A stretch of 64,000 nt of DNA. It comes from Azolla caroliniana. Its lineage: Eukaryota > Plantae > Polypodiophyta. Positions 1 to 14,416 of the stretch are shown here, in pieces. The notes below the pieces were generated by a model. The model searched no databases. It was given only the letters and a program-made list of their open reading frames with translations, and was not told the origin of the DNA. The stretch's first letter is position 1. Every line of letters starts with the position of its first letter. The stretch spans positions 20,398,001-20,462,000 of the forward strand of contig JBHGNT010000006.1 of assembly GCA_043228905.1 (NCBI GenBank), given 5' to 3'. The translations under genes were made by a program, and so were the position numbers.

Positions 1-1093
1 TATTCCCAACAATAAATGGGAAAGTATCTCGATGGATTTTATTGTTAGTTTACCTCGTACACAGAGGGGTCATGATGCCATATGGGTTGTCGTTGACAGG
101 CTAACAAAATTAGCTAGATTTATTCCTACAAAAACCACGGTAACCGCTCAACAGTTGGCTTATCAATTTGTTGATGAGTTATTTCGTTTTTATGGATTAC
201 CGATGGATATTGTTAGTGATCGAGATTCCAAGTTTACTAGTGACTTTTGGACTCAGGTCTTTAAGAAACTAGAAACTACGTTGAGCATGAGTTCCGCAGA
301 TCATCCTCAGTCTGATGGACAAACTGAACGAGTTAATCAAATTATTGAGGACATGCTTCTAGCTTATGTAGCAAAAACCCCTTCTAAGTGGGAGCAATAC
401 CTTCCTATCTTAGAATTTGCCTATAATAGCTCTAAACATACATCCACTGGATATAGTCCTTTTATGTTGATGTATGGTTTTCAGCCACGTGCCCCAGTTG
501 ATGTCACGATTCATCGTGATACATTAGACAGTACACGCAATTTTTTGCAAGACATGAACCAAATGTTGCATATTGCCAAAGAAAATGTCAAGACAGCTCA
601 AGATCGTGCTCGATTTTATGCTGATCAGGATAGACGTCCTCGTGCATTTACTATTGGTCAAAAAGTTTTTTTGCGTGTCCCGACTGATTCTACGACATTA
701 TCTACGGGCAAGTGCGCTAAGTTAGCCCCACGATATTGTGGCCCATTTGAAATCCTTAAGCGAGTTGGGTCATTTGCTTATCACCTTGCCTTACCTCGTA
801 ACGTTGGTATTCATCCTGTTTTTCACGTCAGTCGTCTAAAACCATTTTTAGGCTCTGGTGATAACACCATCACAATCCAAGATCTTGTAACATTAGAGGA
901 TTTTTCTTACAAACCTCATGTTCCTGAACGAATTCTTGATTCTCGTACTAAACGTTTACGTTCTAAAGAGATTCAGCTATTCAAGATCAAATGGATGGAT
1001 AAACCTATTGATGATGCCACATGGGAATGCGAGCATTCGCTTAAGGCACAATTTCCTCACTTTATATTGCAAGAGTGCAATCTTTTGAAGTAG
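1..1093 (+). mobile_element. Ty3/gypsy chromovirus pol 3' part: integrase core, GPY/F-like motif and chromodomain (5' end outside window)
   Basis: The ORF shows SMDFI, VVDRLTK, IVSDRD, HPQSDGQTER and RYCGPF, then a chromodomain PERILDSR..KIKW..DATWE. The frame is intact to the stop at 1093. Confidence 0.95.
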
Positions 1094-1100
1094 GGGAGTA

Positions 1101-1574
1101 TGTTATGTACACATAACGTTGGTGAGGGTAGGTCACTAATATTTACATTAGTGAAGGGTATGTTCACTATTATTAAAAAGGGGACTAATGATTGGATAGA
1201 ATGAATGATATGTGCATGCACTATCATGATTTAGACAACCAATGAATAGAGAGCCTTTTAGAAAGGCACATCTATTCAAGGGGCCTAGGAAAAGGTATAA
1301 ATATGAGGCTTAGCTACCCTCATAAGGATAATCACGTCGGAAGGCTGCTGTCGTAGACACCGGTGGTGCGGGCTAGGCTTTCGTCTCGACGATCGTGTTT
1401 ATCTCTTCCAAGGTATTAGTCATCCTAATATCCGGCGGTATGGGACGTCGGTGGTAGGTTGGCTATGTCTAGATCATAGCTCGGGGGTGGTCGGGTGGAA
1501 CGGGTTCTTCTATCCAATCTATTTTCTTCCTTTTTACTTGATTTGGTCTATGGATTAGTAATAGACTCTTAACA
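1101..1574 (+). mobile_element. 3' LTR (474 bp) of the chromovirus
   Basis: A polypurine tract GAAGTAGGGGAGTA (1087-1100) directly precedes TGTTA. The LTR ends in TAACA at 1574 and has an internal TATAAATA near 1297. The right flank CCACT would be the TSD. Confidence 0.85.
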
Positions 1575-2368
1575 CCACTTACGCTGAGATAATGACAAAA
1601 TACCAAGACATACTCAGACCGTCTCTCACCCTCTCCAAACTATTAGATACTCCAGATATAAAGAAATTAAGTAGATATATTTTAGAGCTTAAACAACATA
1701 GAGAGAATAAGCTAGAAAATGTTAACAATAACCTTTCTAATATTCACCAACATGTAACCAATGAAAATTTTCAGCTACAGGGGGAGACGATGAATGTGGA
1801 CAAATCTCTCTCCCTTGGACATTGGAAATTTGTAGAAACCACATAAAGATCTCATCTTCCAAATCTTAGCTCATTTTGTTTTGTCATATTTAATTCCCAT
1901 ACCTGCACCACTCGGCCTCTCCCTTGCTACAACAGAAAACCAAAGAACTAAACACTTTCGGATGTTGGGCTTCAAAGCAACTTGACGTGGTTTAATTTAA
2001 TTTAATTTGTAGACGCAATTAAGAAGATAACTTGGGAACGTGAGTTACACCGCCAAGAAGCTATGGTTGGGGTACCTTTTACATTGGGACCACGTGCAAC
2101 ACCCACATCGAAACCCTTTGACCTCCCACTTCTTTTCAAGAGACTTGGATCAAAATAAAACTAGGCCTAGTACAAAGTCATTTCTTTTATAGAATATGTT
2201 ACACCATAACACATTTTGTACAATACTATAACTCTTTTAGCTTAAGTTTTATTTATTTATTTATTATTTTTCAATGATGGGTAAACACCCCATTTTGTTG
2301 TAAACCAATTGTCTCATGGGCTAATACTGGTCTTAGAAGATGTTAATATACCTTTCTTTCTTCTTTTT

Positions 2369-2412
<44 letters not shown>

Positions 2413-2599
2413 TTTTCTCACATTCTCTTTCTCTTCTCTGTGTCGGAATCTTGATAGTTTGAACCGGATTTCTTTTCTTCTTCTTATCCTTCCTTCCTTT
2501 AGTACTAATGGCCTTTGTTAGCACACAAGAATACCAACCCGTCCTTTCGGAGCGTCAGTGCTTGAAAGAAAAGTTTGTGGCACTGGAACAAGAAAATGA

Positions 2600-3300
2600 A
2601 TGTTTGTTGGGTGATCTATAATAAATCACCATAAAAAAGCAACAACAACATGGAGAATTGATATTACGAGTACAACAACACGAGAAGTTGACATTACAAG
2701 TGCAACCATTGGAAGCAACTATCACATCGTTACAACAACAAGGAACAAGTAATTAAGGGATCCTTAAGGAAACCAAGATTAGTCTTCCCATGAAGTTTGA
2801 TGGAACACGATCGCAGTTTAGAGGGTTCCTCAACCAGGTATTTTTGGTAATTCAAATGCATCAACCAGGTACATTTGGTAATTCAAGTATTCAAGGGATC
2901 CTTAAGGATCCCAAGCTTAGTCCTCCCATGAAGTTTGATGGAACGTGATCACACTTTAGAGGGTTCCTCAACCATGTACATTTGGTAATTCAAGTACTTA
3001 AGGGATCCTTAAGGAACCCACGATTAATCTTCCCATGAAGTTTGAGGGAATGTGATCATAGTTTAGAGGGTTCCTCAAACATGTATGTTTGGTAATTCAA
3101 ATGCATCATTCTCGATATCCAACCTATGCATCACGAGTGGGGTTAGTAGTACAATAGTAACATGATTCGCCCCTTTGTTGGAGAAAGGATCTCCTTTGTA
3201 AAGCAATTTCGAGGAGTTCATTAGCGAGTTCAAAGCATGTTTTGGAGATACCGATTAGTGTTAGTAACAACAATCAACAAGATCCGAAGACTACATCAAG
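2600..3300 (+). pseudogene. Degenerate Ty3/gypsy gag fragment with an internal 3x tandem duplication
   Basis: Fragments translate as P.KFDGTRSQFRGFLNQV and FAPLLEKGSPL..NFEEFISEFKACFGD, resembling PEG10/Tf-type gag. Stops and frameshifts are present. Confidence 0.6.
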
Positions 3301-3734
3301 TGTGTTATATACATAAAGTGCCAGTTGTTACAAAGACACACTACTCCACAGTTGGAGGTCATCATTGGTATGAGATTTCTTCTTCTGGGGATTGATTGCA
3401 GAGTGGGATGAGACTTGCTTGCATACAGATCGCACCAGAAGAAGTGTCTATATATGCATATAGAACTAGAAGAAGTGTATACATACATATATACATGTAG
3501 AAGTAGGAGAAGTATCTACTTATCTATGTATATATATGTATCATATATGTATACATATAGAACTAGAAGAAGAAGTGTATACATACATACATACATATAT
3601 AATATATGCACATAGAGAACTAGGAGAAGTATCTACTTATTTATGCATATTTTCTTCTTCTTCTTCTTCTTCTTCAAACTCTATCCTCTTGGAGAAGGGG
3701 GGAGGCAGGGGAAGCAGGGGAGCTCTTGGTGCAG

Positions 3735-3737
<3 letters not shown>

Positions 3738-3786
<49 letters not shown>
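3738..3786. repeat. (GA)n microsatellite upstream of IF3; similar arrays at ~2374 (CT), ~18672 (GA) and ~35168 (TG)
   Basis: Read directly from the sequence. Confidence 0.95.
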
Positions 3787-3789
<3 letters not shown>

Positions 3790-3904
3790 GGCCCTGCCAT
3801 CCATGGTAGCTTTGCAGAAAAGCCTCATCAAAGCCTAAAGCACCTCATCCCCCTTCCCTCTACTCACCCACAAGCATTGTTTTGATAGCCTTCCTATCTC
3901 TCCT

Positions 3905-6900
3905 ATGGCTATGCATAATTTGGTGTCTGCAGAATATAGAAGCTCCCCATCCTCTCCTTCTTTCAGCTTTCCCCAGAGATATGGCTTCGGGTCAAAGTTT
4001 CCCTCGAATTCCTCTGTAACCAGGCCTCTTTTGAGCCTTGGAAGGAAAAGCTTTGTGTGGAAGGTTGAAGCAAGGGCTGGCGGCTACAGGCCACCTCCGG
4101 GGACACGGAGGCCTAAGACTAACTTCAACCGACAGCAACAAGCTGATGATGAGGCTGCTCGCGATCGTCTCCCGGTTAACGATGAAATCTCGTAAGCATC
4201 TGTTCCTTCTTCTACTCTCTCTCTCTCTAATATGGAAGTTAGAAACTTGATTATTTCTTCTTCCCTTCTCTGTATTAGAGAATAACAATTCAATTAGTTG
4301 CAAGGAAAATAAAACCTTCTTTGTAGATGTAGACCATGATTTTATTCTTTCTCCTTTTCCTGCTAGATATACACCAATGAGAACACATAAATTCGATTCC
4401 TTCTTCTTTCAGTTGCATTTCTCTTTGGGTGTGTATATATGTATTTTATGAGATACATGAAATTTGGCTAGTAAGCTGCAACAAAAAAGAATTTTCTTTG
4501 ATGAAGTAGAACTTGTTTTTTAGTTTTGTTTTTGGCATTAGACAGGAGAAACTTGTTGAATTGGTTGGTTAATGACTCTCTTCCCATTTTCAGTTTCTTC
4601 TTAAACTAATGAAAAAATATTTTTCGAAGGAAAAAAGAAAAGAGGTAAATCTTGATTTCTTTTTTCTTTTTCACAATTCTATAGATTGAAGTTTTCTTAG
4701 TTAGCAGAATAAAAGGCGTTCTATTGACAACGGAAGGGCATTGCTTTTATGAAGGCAGAATTTACTCTCTTTCTTCTTTTGTTAGAAGAGTAACAATAGG
4801 GATTAGTAAATAGAAGGACTTTTCTTTCGAGGTAAACTTGGATTTTGTTTTCTTTGCATTAGATATTTGGTTACCTCATTACAATGAAAATGCTTGCTTT
4901 GTAGAGGTAGAACTTACTATTTTTTCTTTAGATGTTTGGTTAGTTAGTCACAAGAAAAAGGTATTTTTTGTAGAGGTGAAACTTGCTTTTTCTTCGTTTT
5001 TTGTATTTGGTCAGTATAAGCTTGTTGCTACAAAAAGATGTTTTTCTTTGCAGAAGTAGAACTTCTTTTTCTCCTTACCTTTTTAATATTGGATTTGCAA
5101 TAAAAAGGTTTTCTTTGTAGAAGTATAGAGAGCCTCCTTTTTCTTCTCTCTCTCAGCTTGTAAGTTCAATATATCAAGTTGGTAAAAGAAAATAGAAATT
5201 ACCCAGTATCTGTGTATATCTGTGTTGCACTTCTATTCATTGAGATTTAGACAAATGGTTGATTTTGATATAATCATTATTTTTATTCTTTAATTGATGA
5301 TAACCACTATACACAAGACATATATATACTAGTCAAGAGGAATAGAGTATGATACCTGATTTTCTTTGTCTTCTGAACAGTCAAATTTCTTGTCCTTCAG
5401 AAAAATGACATTTTTTACCCAGTGTCAATGATAGACTTTGTGTTTAATCTCGAGTGTTGGTTTGAATGGCATGAATTCTCTCATGTATGTGTGCGATCTC
5501 CATCCAAATAATATTTGGGCTTTTCTGCAGAAAAATGATAAACTAATGATTGAAATGAAAATCTCAATTTCTCATACATGCTAACAGTTTATTAATTTTT
5601 TGTTCAGAGCCCCCACCGTAATGCTTCTTGGAGAGGATGGAAAATTGGTATGTATCTTTTATTAGTATTTTCCCTAAGGAAATGTGGCACAAATGTAAAT
5701 GTATACATATTTGCACGAGTATTTAGAAACTAATGTTCTGAAGGCAATGACATAGAAGAAGAGAAGTATTAGGGATTTTGAGGCATGCAATTTGAAATTC
5801 TCTGCAAAGGGATCCAAACACAGGATTGTGACAGAGAAGGTTTGGAGGAAAAGATACTAGAGTATTGATACATATTACTGGAAATATACGTCAGGTGCCG
5901 GATCATGGGTGCAATTATTGTATGGATTAGCTTCAGTTTAGATAAAGCAGCAGTTCAAATGATCCGAGGACATGTATGCATATACGGGAAGCATATTATT
6001 TGAATCAAATCATTATGCCAAATATGCTTACTTCCTCTCTACTATTCCTTGTGTATGAGCTTTTATTTAATTTGAAGAACCTTGGGTTCTTATTAATTTT
6101 AATTTTTTTTATAGAAATTCAAAATATAAACCCCTTAGATATTGTCCTTCTGTAGAAATGCCAACCCTTCAACTTTTCTGGCTTACACTGAAATGTGCGC
6201 TGAGCAAGCAGTTGCCATATAGATATGAGTGGATGAGCTACATCTTTAAAATTTGAAGCTGTGTTTTTCTTCCCCTTGCTTCTAATTTAAAATCCTGTTT
6301 GACTATTGCAAAAGTACTTGGGTTATATAGATCCAATCATTTATGATGATTGGATAGACAAGCTGCATTCTTATAAGATGAAGCAACTTCTCCTTTCTCT
6401 TTTGAACTGTAAATTCCCCTTGGCAAGTACATACACATATTTGCTCTCGTCAATTTCTTGCTTCTTTCTGCACAATAATCCTTTAGTCAAAGTTATCAGG
6501 TTGGGATCTTGGTCTTTGGCCTCATCAGAGGCTGCTCATCATGATTTTCTTCGTCATTGCCAAATTGGCAATGACTATAAAAATGAGTAAACATTCGGCT
6601 CCTTAAGAGGCTGTTCGTCTGCATTTTCTTTCTCATTGCCAAGGCTCAAGGATAATCCAAACTTTTGGCCGAAGGAAAGAAAGTTCTTAAATTTGCAAAT
6701 AACTGTACTAAAATACGCAGAAGATGGGGGATAAGTGATAATCAGATAAGTGCCTCATGGCATTTCCTATCTATATCAAGGATAATGTAAAGAAAGTTTG
6801 ATCATCACTAGTGTCTCGAGTCCTGTAATGTCTTCTCTGGGCTATATCTCGAGTCCTGTAGTGTGATGCCCATGAACCACCCAACTATGTTACCATGAAC

Positions 6901-8595
6901 AACATAGGTAGGGGTTTCATAGGATGGGTTTAACCATACTATGTTCCGTCATATGGTTATGATATTGGACATCACATTATATTTTTGTGAAGATATACAT
7001 AACTTGATGGTAATATTCCCATCAAAGGCAAAAGCCTGATACGCTGATGTTTGTATATGCAGATAGGTACTATGACAAGGCAAGAGGCTCTATATAGAGC
7101 TCGAGAGGAAGAACTTGATTTGGTGAGAGTTTCATGATGTCCGAATATAAGCTAGATTTGATGAAACTTTCATGAGTTTTGACCTAATTGGTAGTTTGAT
7201 TTTTTTTTCAGGTACAATTGGATAAACAAGATCCCCCATGTGTGAAAATTGTTCAGTATAGGTATGATTAAGTGTTCTCTTTTGTGTTCAAACTAATCAG
7301 CTATACTTGGTGGACATTGTTAAAATGATGAGTGATAGAGTATGCTCTTGCCACGTGCAGTCCTTTCTATAGGAGGTTGTTTTCTTATTGTTAATGATTT
7401 TTGCTATGCTACAGCAAACTCAAGTATGAGTTGCAGAAAAGGAAAAAGGAACAGCAGAAGAAAAGTTCAGGTGATAATTATATTTATCATTGCCTATTTA
7501 AATCACAAGCCTGCAATTATAGCAGGCATAATCACAACGGTGTTTGTTTATATGTTATACTCCATAAGCATTCCCTTATGGATAGCATGCACATAAATTA
7601 TTTATTTGTATATTGTTCGTTTGTTCTTGCATCATATTCAATGCTTTTTTTGTCCCTATCCACAGCCAATAAAACGGATTTGAAGGAGCTAAAAATGCGG
7701 TATTCGTCTTTCTATTTCATTGGCTCAATTGTATGCAAACCCATCTATCATGTTTACACATGGAGGAAACATAAAATTAATTTCTGTAAAATTCCAAACT
7801 GACCTAAGACAAGAATTACACCAATCATTTGGCACATGATTATGGTGCCTTAGGTACAACATTGATGTGCATGATTATGGTGTGCGCCTCAGATCTATTC
7901 AGAGATTCTTAAAAGATGGAGACAAGGTGCGTCATTCCATGTCTCTTGAATTTGCATTCATACTCCAATCACAAACTGTACACAAATGTATTACATAAAT
8001 AACATCCTTGAGGGTTTTTTTCAGTTTTGGACTCCAAACTAATATATCTGTGGATATGCAGGTAAAATTGATCATTCAGTTCAAGGGAAGAGAACTGGAA
8101 TTCAAGGACCTTGGCCTCAAGTTGTTTCAACGATTTGAGGATGATCTTAAAGAGGTATTATGACACACTGTTGTCCATATCATTAAAACCTATGATGCTG
8201 AGATTAGAATATCTTGTACTGAACATAGATTGATCAACTTTATAAAGCAAGAAGCTGAGAATGACAATTAGTTGGTTGTTAGAAAATTAAATATACATTA
8301 AATTCAAATCAGCATTATAAAATATGCTTAGCTGTAATAATGTGATCAGATTAAAAAATGCATATATTCATGATTTTTTCTATTTACATTAGCTCCAATG
8401 TTTTTCACATTGTACTATTTCAAGGAAGCAATAATAGAGAGCAAGTTAACCAAAGATGCAAGAAGCATGAGCATGGTATTAGCATCTAACAAAGGGAAGT
8501 CATCTGGACAAGGACCCAGTTCTGCGAAAACACCTGAAGGAGAAGAGACTGAGAATGTAGAAGGAACTGTTGCAGCTGTCGGTGCAGAATCTTGA
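3905..8595 (+). CDS. Translation initiation factor IF-3, probably plastid-targeted (287 aa, 9 exons)
   Basis: GT-AG exons 3905-4191, 5608-5647, 7063-7122, 7212-7261, 7415-7470, 7666-7699, 7854-7926, 8062-8154 and 8425-8595 join in frame (864 nt). Motifs: VNDEI, EEELDLV, KELKMRYNIDVHDY, FLKDGDKVK..QFKGRE. The N-terminus is Ser/Pro/Arg-rich like a transit peptide. Confidence 0.93.
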
Positions 8596-10791
8596 TTTGT
8601 ACAGAGTAGAAATGAATTCCATTGTTATACGAAATGTGTTGAGAATGTGTGCTGCAGGCTGTTTCGGATCCCTTGGAATGGGGTTTTTGTATATTATTGT
8701 TCTCATTATTATCCCACGAAAATATTCTCCTTCTAATTTTCCCCGGCGAGATCTGTGATTGGCTGTTAGAATAGTGCTACCTTATTGGGCATGATGACCC
8801 TCTCACCTGACTGTCAATTTTTTATTTTCATAATTGGTATTGTATCAATGTATGCATACATACAATACAGTAAGGAAGAGTACAAGGTCACAAGGACTAT
8901 CATATGTACCTTATGCGGCATTTGTCGAAAAGATCAAACCTAACAGGGTTTATTCTGATTTGATGAATTATAAGACTGTATGTGTCCAGCTAAGGTTATG
9001 GAAGAACATCTGTATTTAAAGAAGTAAAGTAGCATGTAATTCTGCTAGCTTCTTTGTGTCCTGATTTTACATTGTAATTTGAAGTATTTGTGTGGTGGTC
9101 ATAACCATCCATCATTTTAGCATGGTACTCAGAGAAGTCTCTGAAATCTGTTGTTGAGGAATTATTGGCATGAAGTCTTCTGCAAACATATAAAAAGGCC
9201 GTGAAATGAGATCAGCATGGGTACTACATTTGCACCTGTATTCTTTTGACATCCTGTGAATATTCTGTCAAAACTGGAAGATCCGAAAAGAGTGTGAATA
9301 GGGTTGTGTGCATGGTAATGCTATATGTATATGCTATAATGTGTGTGTTTTGTAACTGTTAAAAGTTTCAACCTTAACATGGAAAGGTGAAGATCTATTG
9401 AATGATGTGTCTGCAGATGATATATCATGTAGGCTTCCATAGCATCACTCACATGTCTTTCCTACTAGTACCATTTGCAAGCTGTTTCATGACATTTATC
9501 ATTAGTGAGAAGTTGTCCAATCTCCACTAGATAGGTCTAGGGATACTATACAGTTGAAGATTCCTCATGTTCTTGCCACGAGACAGGAATGCTATGAATT
9601 GAAGACATCTCATGTGCACACATATGTCCACTAAAATAGGCTCAAAGATGTCAACAAATTTGCTTGCTTGAAAGGTTTTTGGTTTGTGTGGTTATTAGCA
9701 ATGGTTTCCCCAAGTACATGGTATGCAAATACATTGGTTTTGACAATTGAAGGTGTGCTGTTTTTCTAGAAGCTTGGTTACAAGTCAACCGAGCATTATT
9801 ACATGGCTTTGCCCCATTTTTGGAATTACCAACTATTTTTACTCTCCTACCAAGTTAAAAACATTGTATGCATTATTAGATCATACAATACACCAATATC
9901 CCCATCTTGTGCTCACATTTTCTATTATAAAGCAGGAAATAAGGCTTGATATTGGTCCAAATGTTTACTTTTCTCTTAATATGTGCAGCAAATTTTCACT
10001 CTTTTTGAGTTTTCGCATCGTAGAAAACTAACCTTAGACAAAAGGAAAACAGGGGAGAGGGCTCACTTATTTATGATCATTCATCTGCTCGAATAGTGGT
10101 TAGAAAGCATGTTTAGAGGGTAAACACTTTCAAAAAGCATCAATCAAGAACACAGAAACAGATGTAGATGGTATATTTAATGATGTGAAGGAACATCAAT
10201 TGATTTTCGACATAAATTACAAGTTGTTCGCTTGCTCACAACAATGGACTAAAAAACACTTCCAATCCAAAGCAGTTGATGAGAATTGAGAGTTGGAAAT
10301 AATTGTTTAACCTTGAAATAATTAGAGAGCTTTGACGATCAATCGATGTCACTAGCAATAGCAAAGAGTTGGTTGAATTATTGGGTTTTTTTACATGTAT
10401 CGATACAATTTAAATAAGACACTTCCGACAAATAATCCTGCAATGGAATCGAGGATGTGATAAAACAAGATTTGACTTGGAGTTATTGATTTGATAGATG
10501 CATTAATAGTACAACATAGATAGGCACTCATTAAGGAAAACCCTGAGGGATGCCTTGATCGCCAATGTGATTCAAGTCAAATTCAGGTGACTGGTTTTCT
10601 GAATGTAATTCAAGTGTCAGAGAATACAGCAGATGCCATTGGTGATGATGCGTGCTGATTCCATACCATTTTATTTCATTTAATGGTTATTAGTTATCTA
10701 AATTGTACTAATACACACAACGTTGCCGACAGCAGTGCACACTATTTTTGCTAATCAATGGATGTGTACAAATAAAAGTATTAGTTACTGA

Positions 10792-10990
10792 ATTAAACTT
10801 ACAGGAAAACAGAAATCCTTCAAAGAACCTGCATATCAATAAAACAGTATTTATTATTTAATTAAACTTACAGAAATACAGAAATCCTTCAAAGAAAATC
10901 TGCATGTCAATAAAACAGTATATGTTATATGATTAAAGTTACAGAGAAACAGAAATGCTTCTAAGAAACCTGCATAACAATAACCAGTAT
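10792..10990. repeat. Tandem repeat, ~70 bp unit x3
   Basis: ATTAAACTTACAG..ACAGAAATCCTTCAAAGAA..CTGCAT.TCAATAAAACAGTAT occurs three times. Confidence 0.85.
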
Positions 10991-11377
10991 CATGTACCAA
11001 CTATATCGCCTCTCCAGATTATATGTATATAAAATAAATGCCTAGTATAAATTTTAGAAGTCAAGTGGTGGAGATGATTGAAGCCGAAATTAGTATAGGA
11101 TCATAAGGGTTAATGTAGTAGTAGTAGCAGCATCATCAAGATTCTCTCCTCAACAGAAACACCAGGGAAAGATGGAATGAAAAAAGAGAGAGCTGCATGC
11201 ATACTTTATGAATGTGTATGCCATGCATAGATTTTGGTTGTATGTTTGAGATGAGAGTCCTGGTGATGCTGCAACATCAAAGACAAAACTGCTGATACTG
11301 TTACTCGTAGTACTACATTATTAGGACAACCATCTTTCTTAAGTCCAATACATTCATAATCCTGAAGTGCTGGAACC

Positions 11378-11620
11378 TGAGATACATATATACATACATA
11401 TATACACTAACTGCAATCTGAGGTACACATATGTACATGCATATATACACTAACTGCAGTCTGAGATACATATATGTACATGCATATATACACTAACTGC
11501 AGTCTGAGATACATATATGTACATGCATATATACACTGACTGCAATCTGAGATACATATATGAACATGCATATATACACTAACTGCAATCTGATATACAT
11601 ATATACACTAACTGCAAGAT
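11378..11620. repeat. Minisatellite, ~42 bp unit x5-6
   Basis: The unit GAGATACATATATGTACATGCATATATACACTAACTGCA(A/G)TCT is repeated. Confidence 0.9.
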
Positions 11621-14119
11621 TAGATACAGACAGTAAATACATAGCAAAATTGCAATCTGTAGATAGATACATGGATGCATGCTCTCTACCTGATAGTCTT
11701 TTCAAAATCATCATACAACATCAAAAAAAGCCAGTAGCAAGAGATAAATGCAGTATATACATGCAACATGCATTTCAACTAATTGCATTCTCTACACACA
11801 TACACATTCCGCACTCATTCTAGAAACTTCACCATTACCAACACTACAAACAGTGAAAACTTGATTGAGTGTATATAAAATATATACTACTACACTATAT
11901 CAATGCCTTCCCTCCATCTATCAACTAAACTATATGTCTATCTATCGATCTTCCATCTATCTACCTATATATATACACACACTATGCTATACAGTTACAA
12001 TAGTCAAGTTTTTTGAGCCTCTCAACTTTCCTTTTAGTAATTAAATAATACTTGTATGAGTAAATTAAAGGGAAGAAAATGATGGAATTTGTGCTTCCTA
12101 TGTTATATTTGTTTTTTGGGTTTTCTCACCACCTAAAAAAGAGTGTAAACGGCCACAAAAGACTTACTTATTATATACATAAAACGATGGTAAATCAAGT
12201 CACAAGTTTGGCATAGTTTCCACCTTTAGAAAAAACACCGAATATATATGTATATATATATATATTCATTGAATACAGAGGATTCAAAATTAAAAGCTGA
12301 AATTGACTGATAATGTGGCAGTACTGGGTAGAAAAACCTTAGTAATAACAAACAAACAAACAGAAGTAACCATGAATGTACACTAATCAGTACTACCATT
12401 CTCTGTATGTGTGTGTGTATATGTGTGTTTGTGTTGGGGTCTCTACTTACCTAGTGCCTATTTATTATTTAGTGTATTGAAAGTGACAAAACAGAGGACA
12501 CTTATATTCACTCCTTCATCAATCAATCAATCAGTCAGTCAGTCAATCAATCAATCTGCATTAATTATAAAGACAAAGATCACAAAGATAGGGATGGATT
12601 GATAGACTAAAGATTGATAGAGAGAGATCTATCCATCCATATACATCTGCTATATCAATGGGAATCATGAAAATGGCTTATAAAATGAGTTGCTCATACA
12701 AAGGCACCAATCATACATACATACATTACAAACATTTACATATATAGAGATGGATCAGTTCTAGCAACTGCAATGAATCAATGGGTAGCAAGCTGATACA
12801 TACATAATGCAATTAGAATATGTGAAAACAGGCTTTTAACTCCTATTGGGTCTCCCCTGTTTTCATCTTGTCTTTTTTTTTTCTTATTGCTGCAATCCAT
12901 CCATCCATGACTAAAAACCACAGTAATCCTTGTACAGATAGAGATAGTGAAGAAAGGAATCTTTTTGGGCTTTTCAAATACTTTTTCTTTCTCCTTAAAT
13001 TTAATGGTTTTTATGCTAGGTTTTGTCTTGTTTTTAATGTTATTCGTTTTCTTTGATTTAAATAAGTCCTTTGTTGTTGTTTTCTGTCAGTGCTTTCTAG
13101 AACACAGTGCAGGCTTTTCCTACCTACCAAGTTGTCTAAAAATGGCACGGATTTTCTCCTTCCTATAGAACTTCCTTCCAAACTTAGGGTGCACCAGATT
13201 TTTGTCTCATATACCCAGCTTTTAGTGGGATCAATACAATTAACAAAATTGCACTACTAATGTACAATTAGTGGGTTCATTTGGAGTTTCTTCACTAATT
13301 ACACTTGCTCCTGATGTGATTGCCCTAGCTAGCAGTGATATGCGGATTAGTGTAGTGACTAGTGTTTGTGGCTAGTCTACCTAATTGTAAGTTGATTAGG
13401 AATTACACGAACTAGCGATGCAGCAGTGATTAATGTAGTGACTAGTGTATCTAATCGTTGGTTAATTAGGAAAGGTTAGCTACCAATGTAGTGCTTAGCA
13501 TGGTGACTAGTTTGTTGTGACTCGATCTAATCATGGGTTAGTTAGGAATTACCCGAGCTAATGATGTGGTAAATCAATCAGTGACTAGTGCGTTGAACTT
13601 ATAATTGTGGTAATTAGCATAGTATTAACTAGCATTCCAAGTATAGTGATTACAATGATGTCACAAAGAGTGATTATAATTTAATGATTCAATGCTAAAC
13701 TAGCAATGATTGTTATGTTAATGATTGTAATCAGCCTTAATCGTAATGCCAATTTATATACAACCTTCAATTATCAACAAAACATATATAATTGTTAACC
13801 GTCCTAATCTCAAGCATTCCATTGCATCTTTAAATTAAAAATGATGTTATCCTACAAGAAAGATCAATTGACGAACAATAGTATTCACGTGCATTTAATG
13901 ACGATGATGATGCTAACAAGCATTTTGATTAGTGCTAATTACACAAAAAAGACATTGTGATTAGTGTGCTAGGTTAGCAATGCGATATATTATATGTGTG
14001 TGTATTCCATATCAATACTTTGCTTTCCTTAGTTCATTTAAATTGATTGGAACTTCTATACTAGGCCCTTTTATATCAACTTAGGTTCCTTTACAATGAA
14101 AGATGAGCACTGAAGTTCT

Positions 14120-14416
14120 AAACTGAAGGTCTAGCAAGAGAGTCATGACATGTAAAACTTTGTATGTTTCTTGCTCTATATGTATATAAAAGTTCGAAAC
14201 TGAAGGTCTACCAAGAGAGTCATGACACGTAAAACTTTGTATGTTTCTTGCTTGATATGTATATAAAAGTCCGAAACTAAAGGTCTAGAAAGAGAGTCAT
14301 GACACGTAAAACTTTGTACGTTTCTTGCTCGATATGTATATAAAAGTCCGAAACTAAAGGTTTAGCAAGAGAGTCATGACACGTAAAACTTTATACATTT
14401 CTTGCTCTATATATAA
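14120..14416. repeat. Tandem repeat, 77 bp unit x~4
   Basis: AAACT(G/A)AAGGTCTAGCAAGAGAGTCATGACACGTAAAACTTTG.. starts at 14120, 14197, 14274 and 14351. Confidence 0.9.

Noticed and set aside
14120-14416. CRISPR-like appearance of this array and the one at 52301-52548
   Set aside because: The units repeat in full with no unique spacers, there are no cas genes, and the context is eukaryotic.
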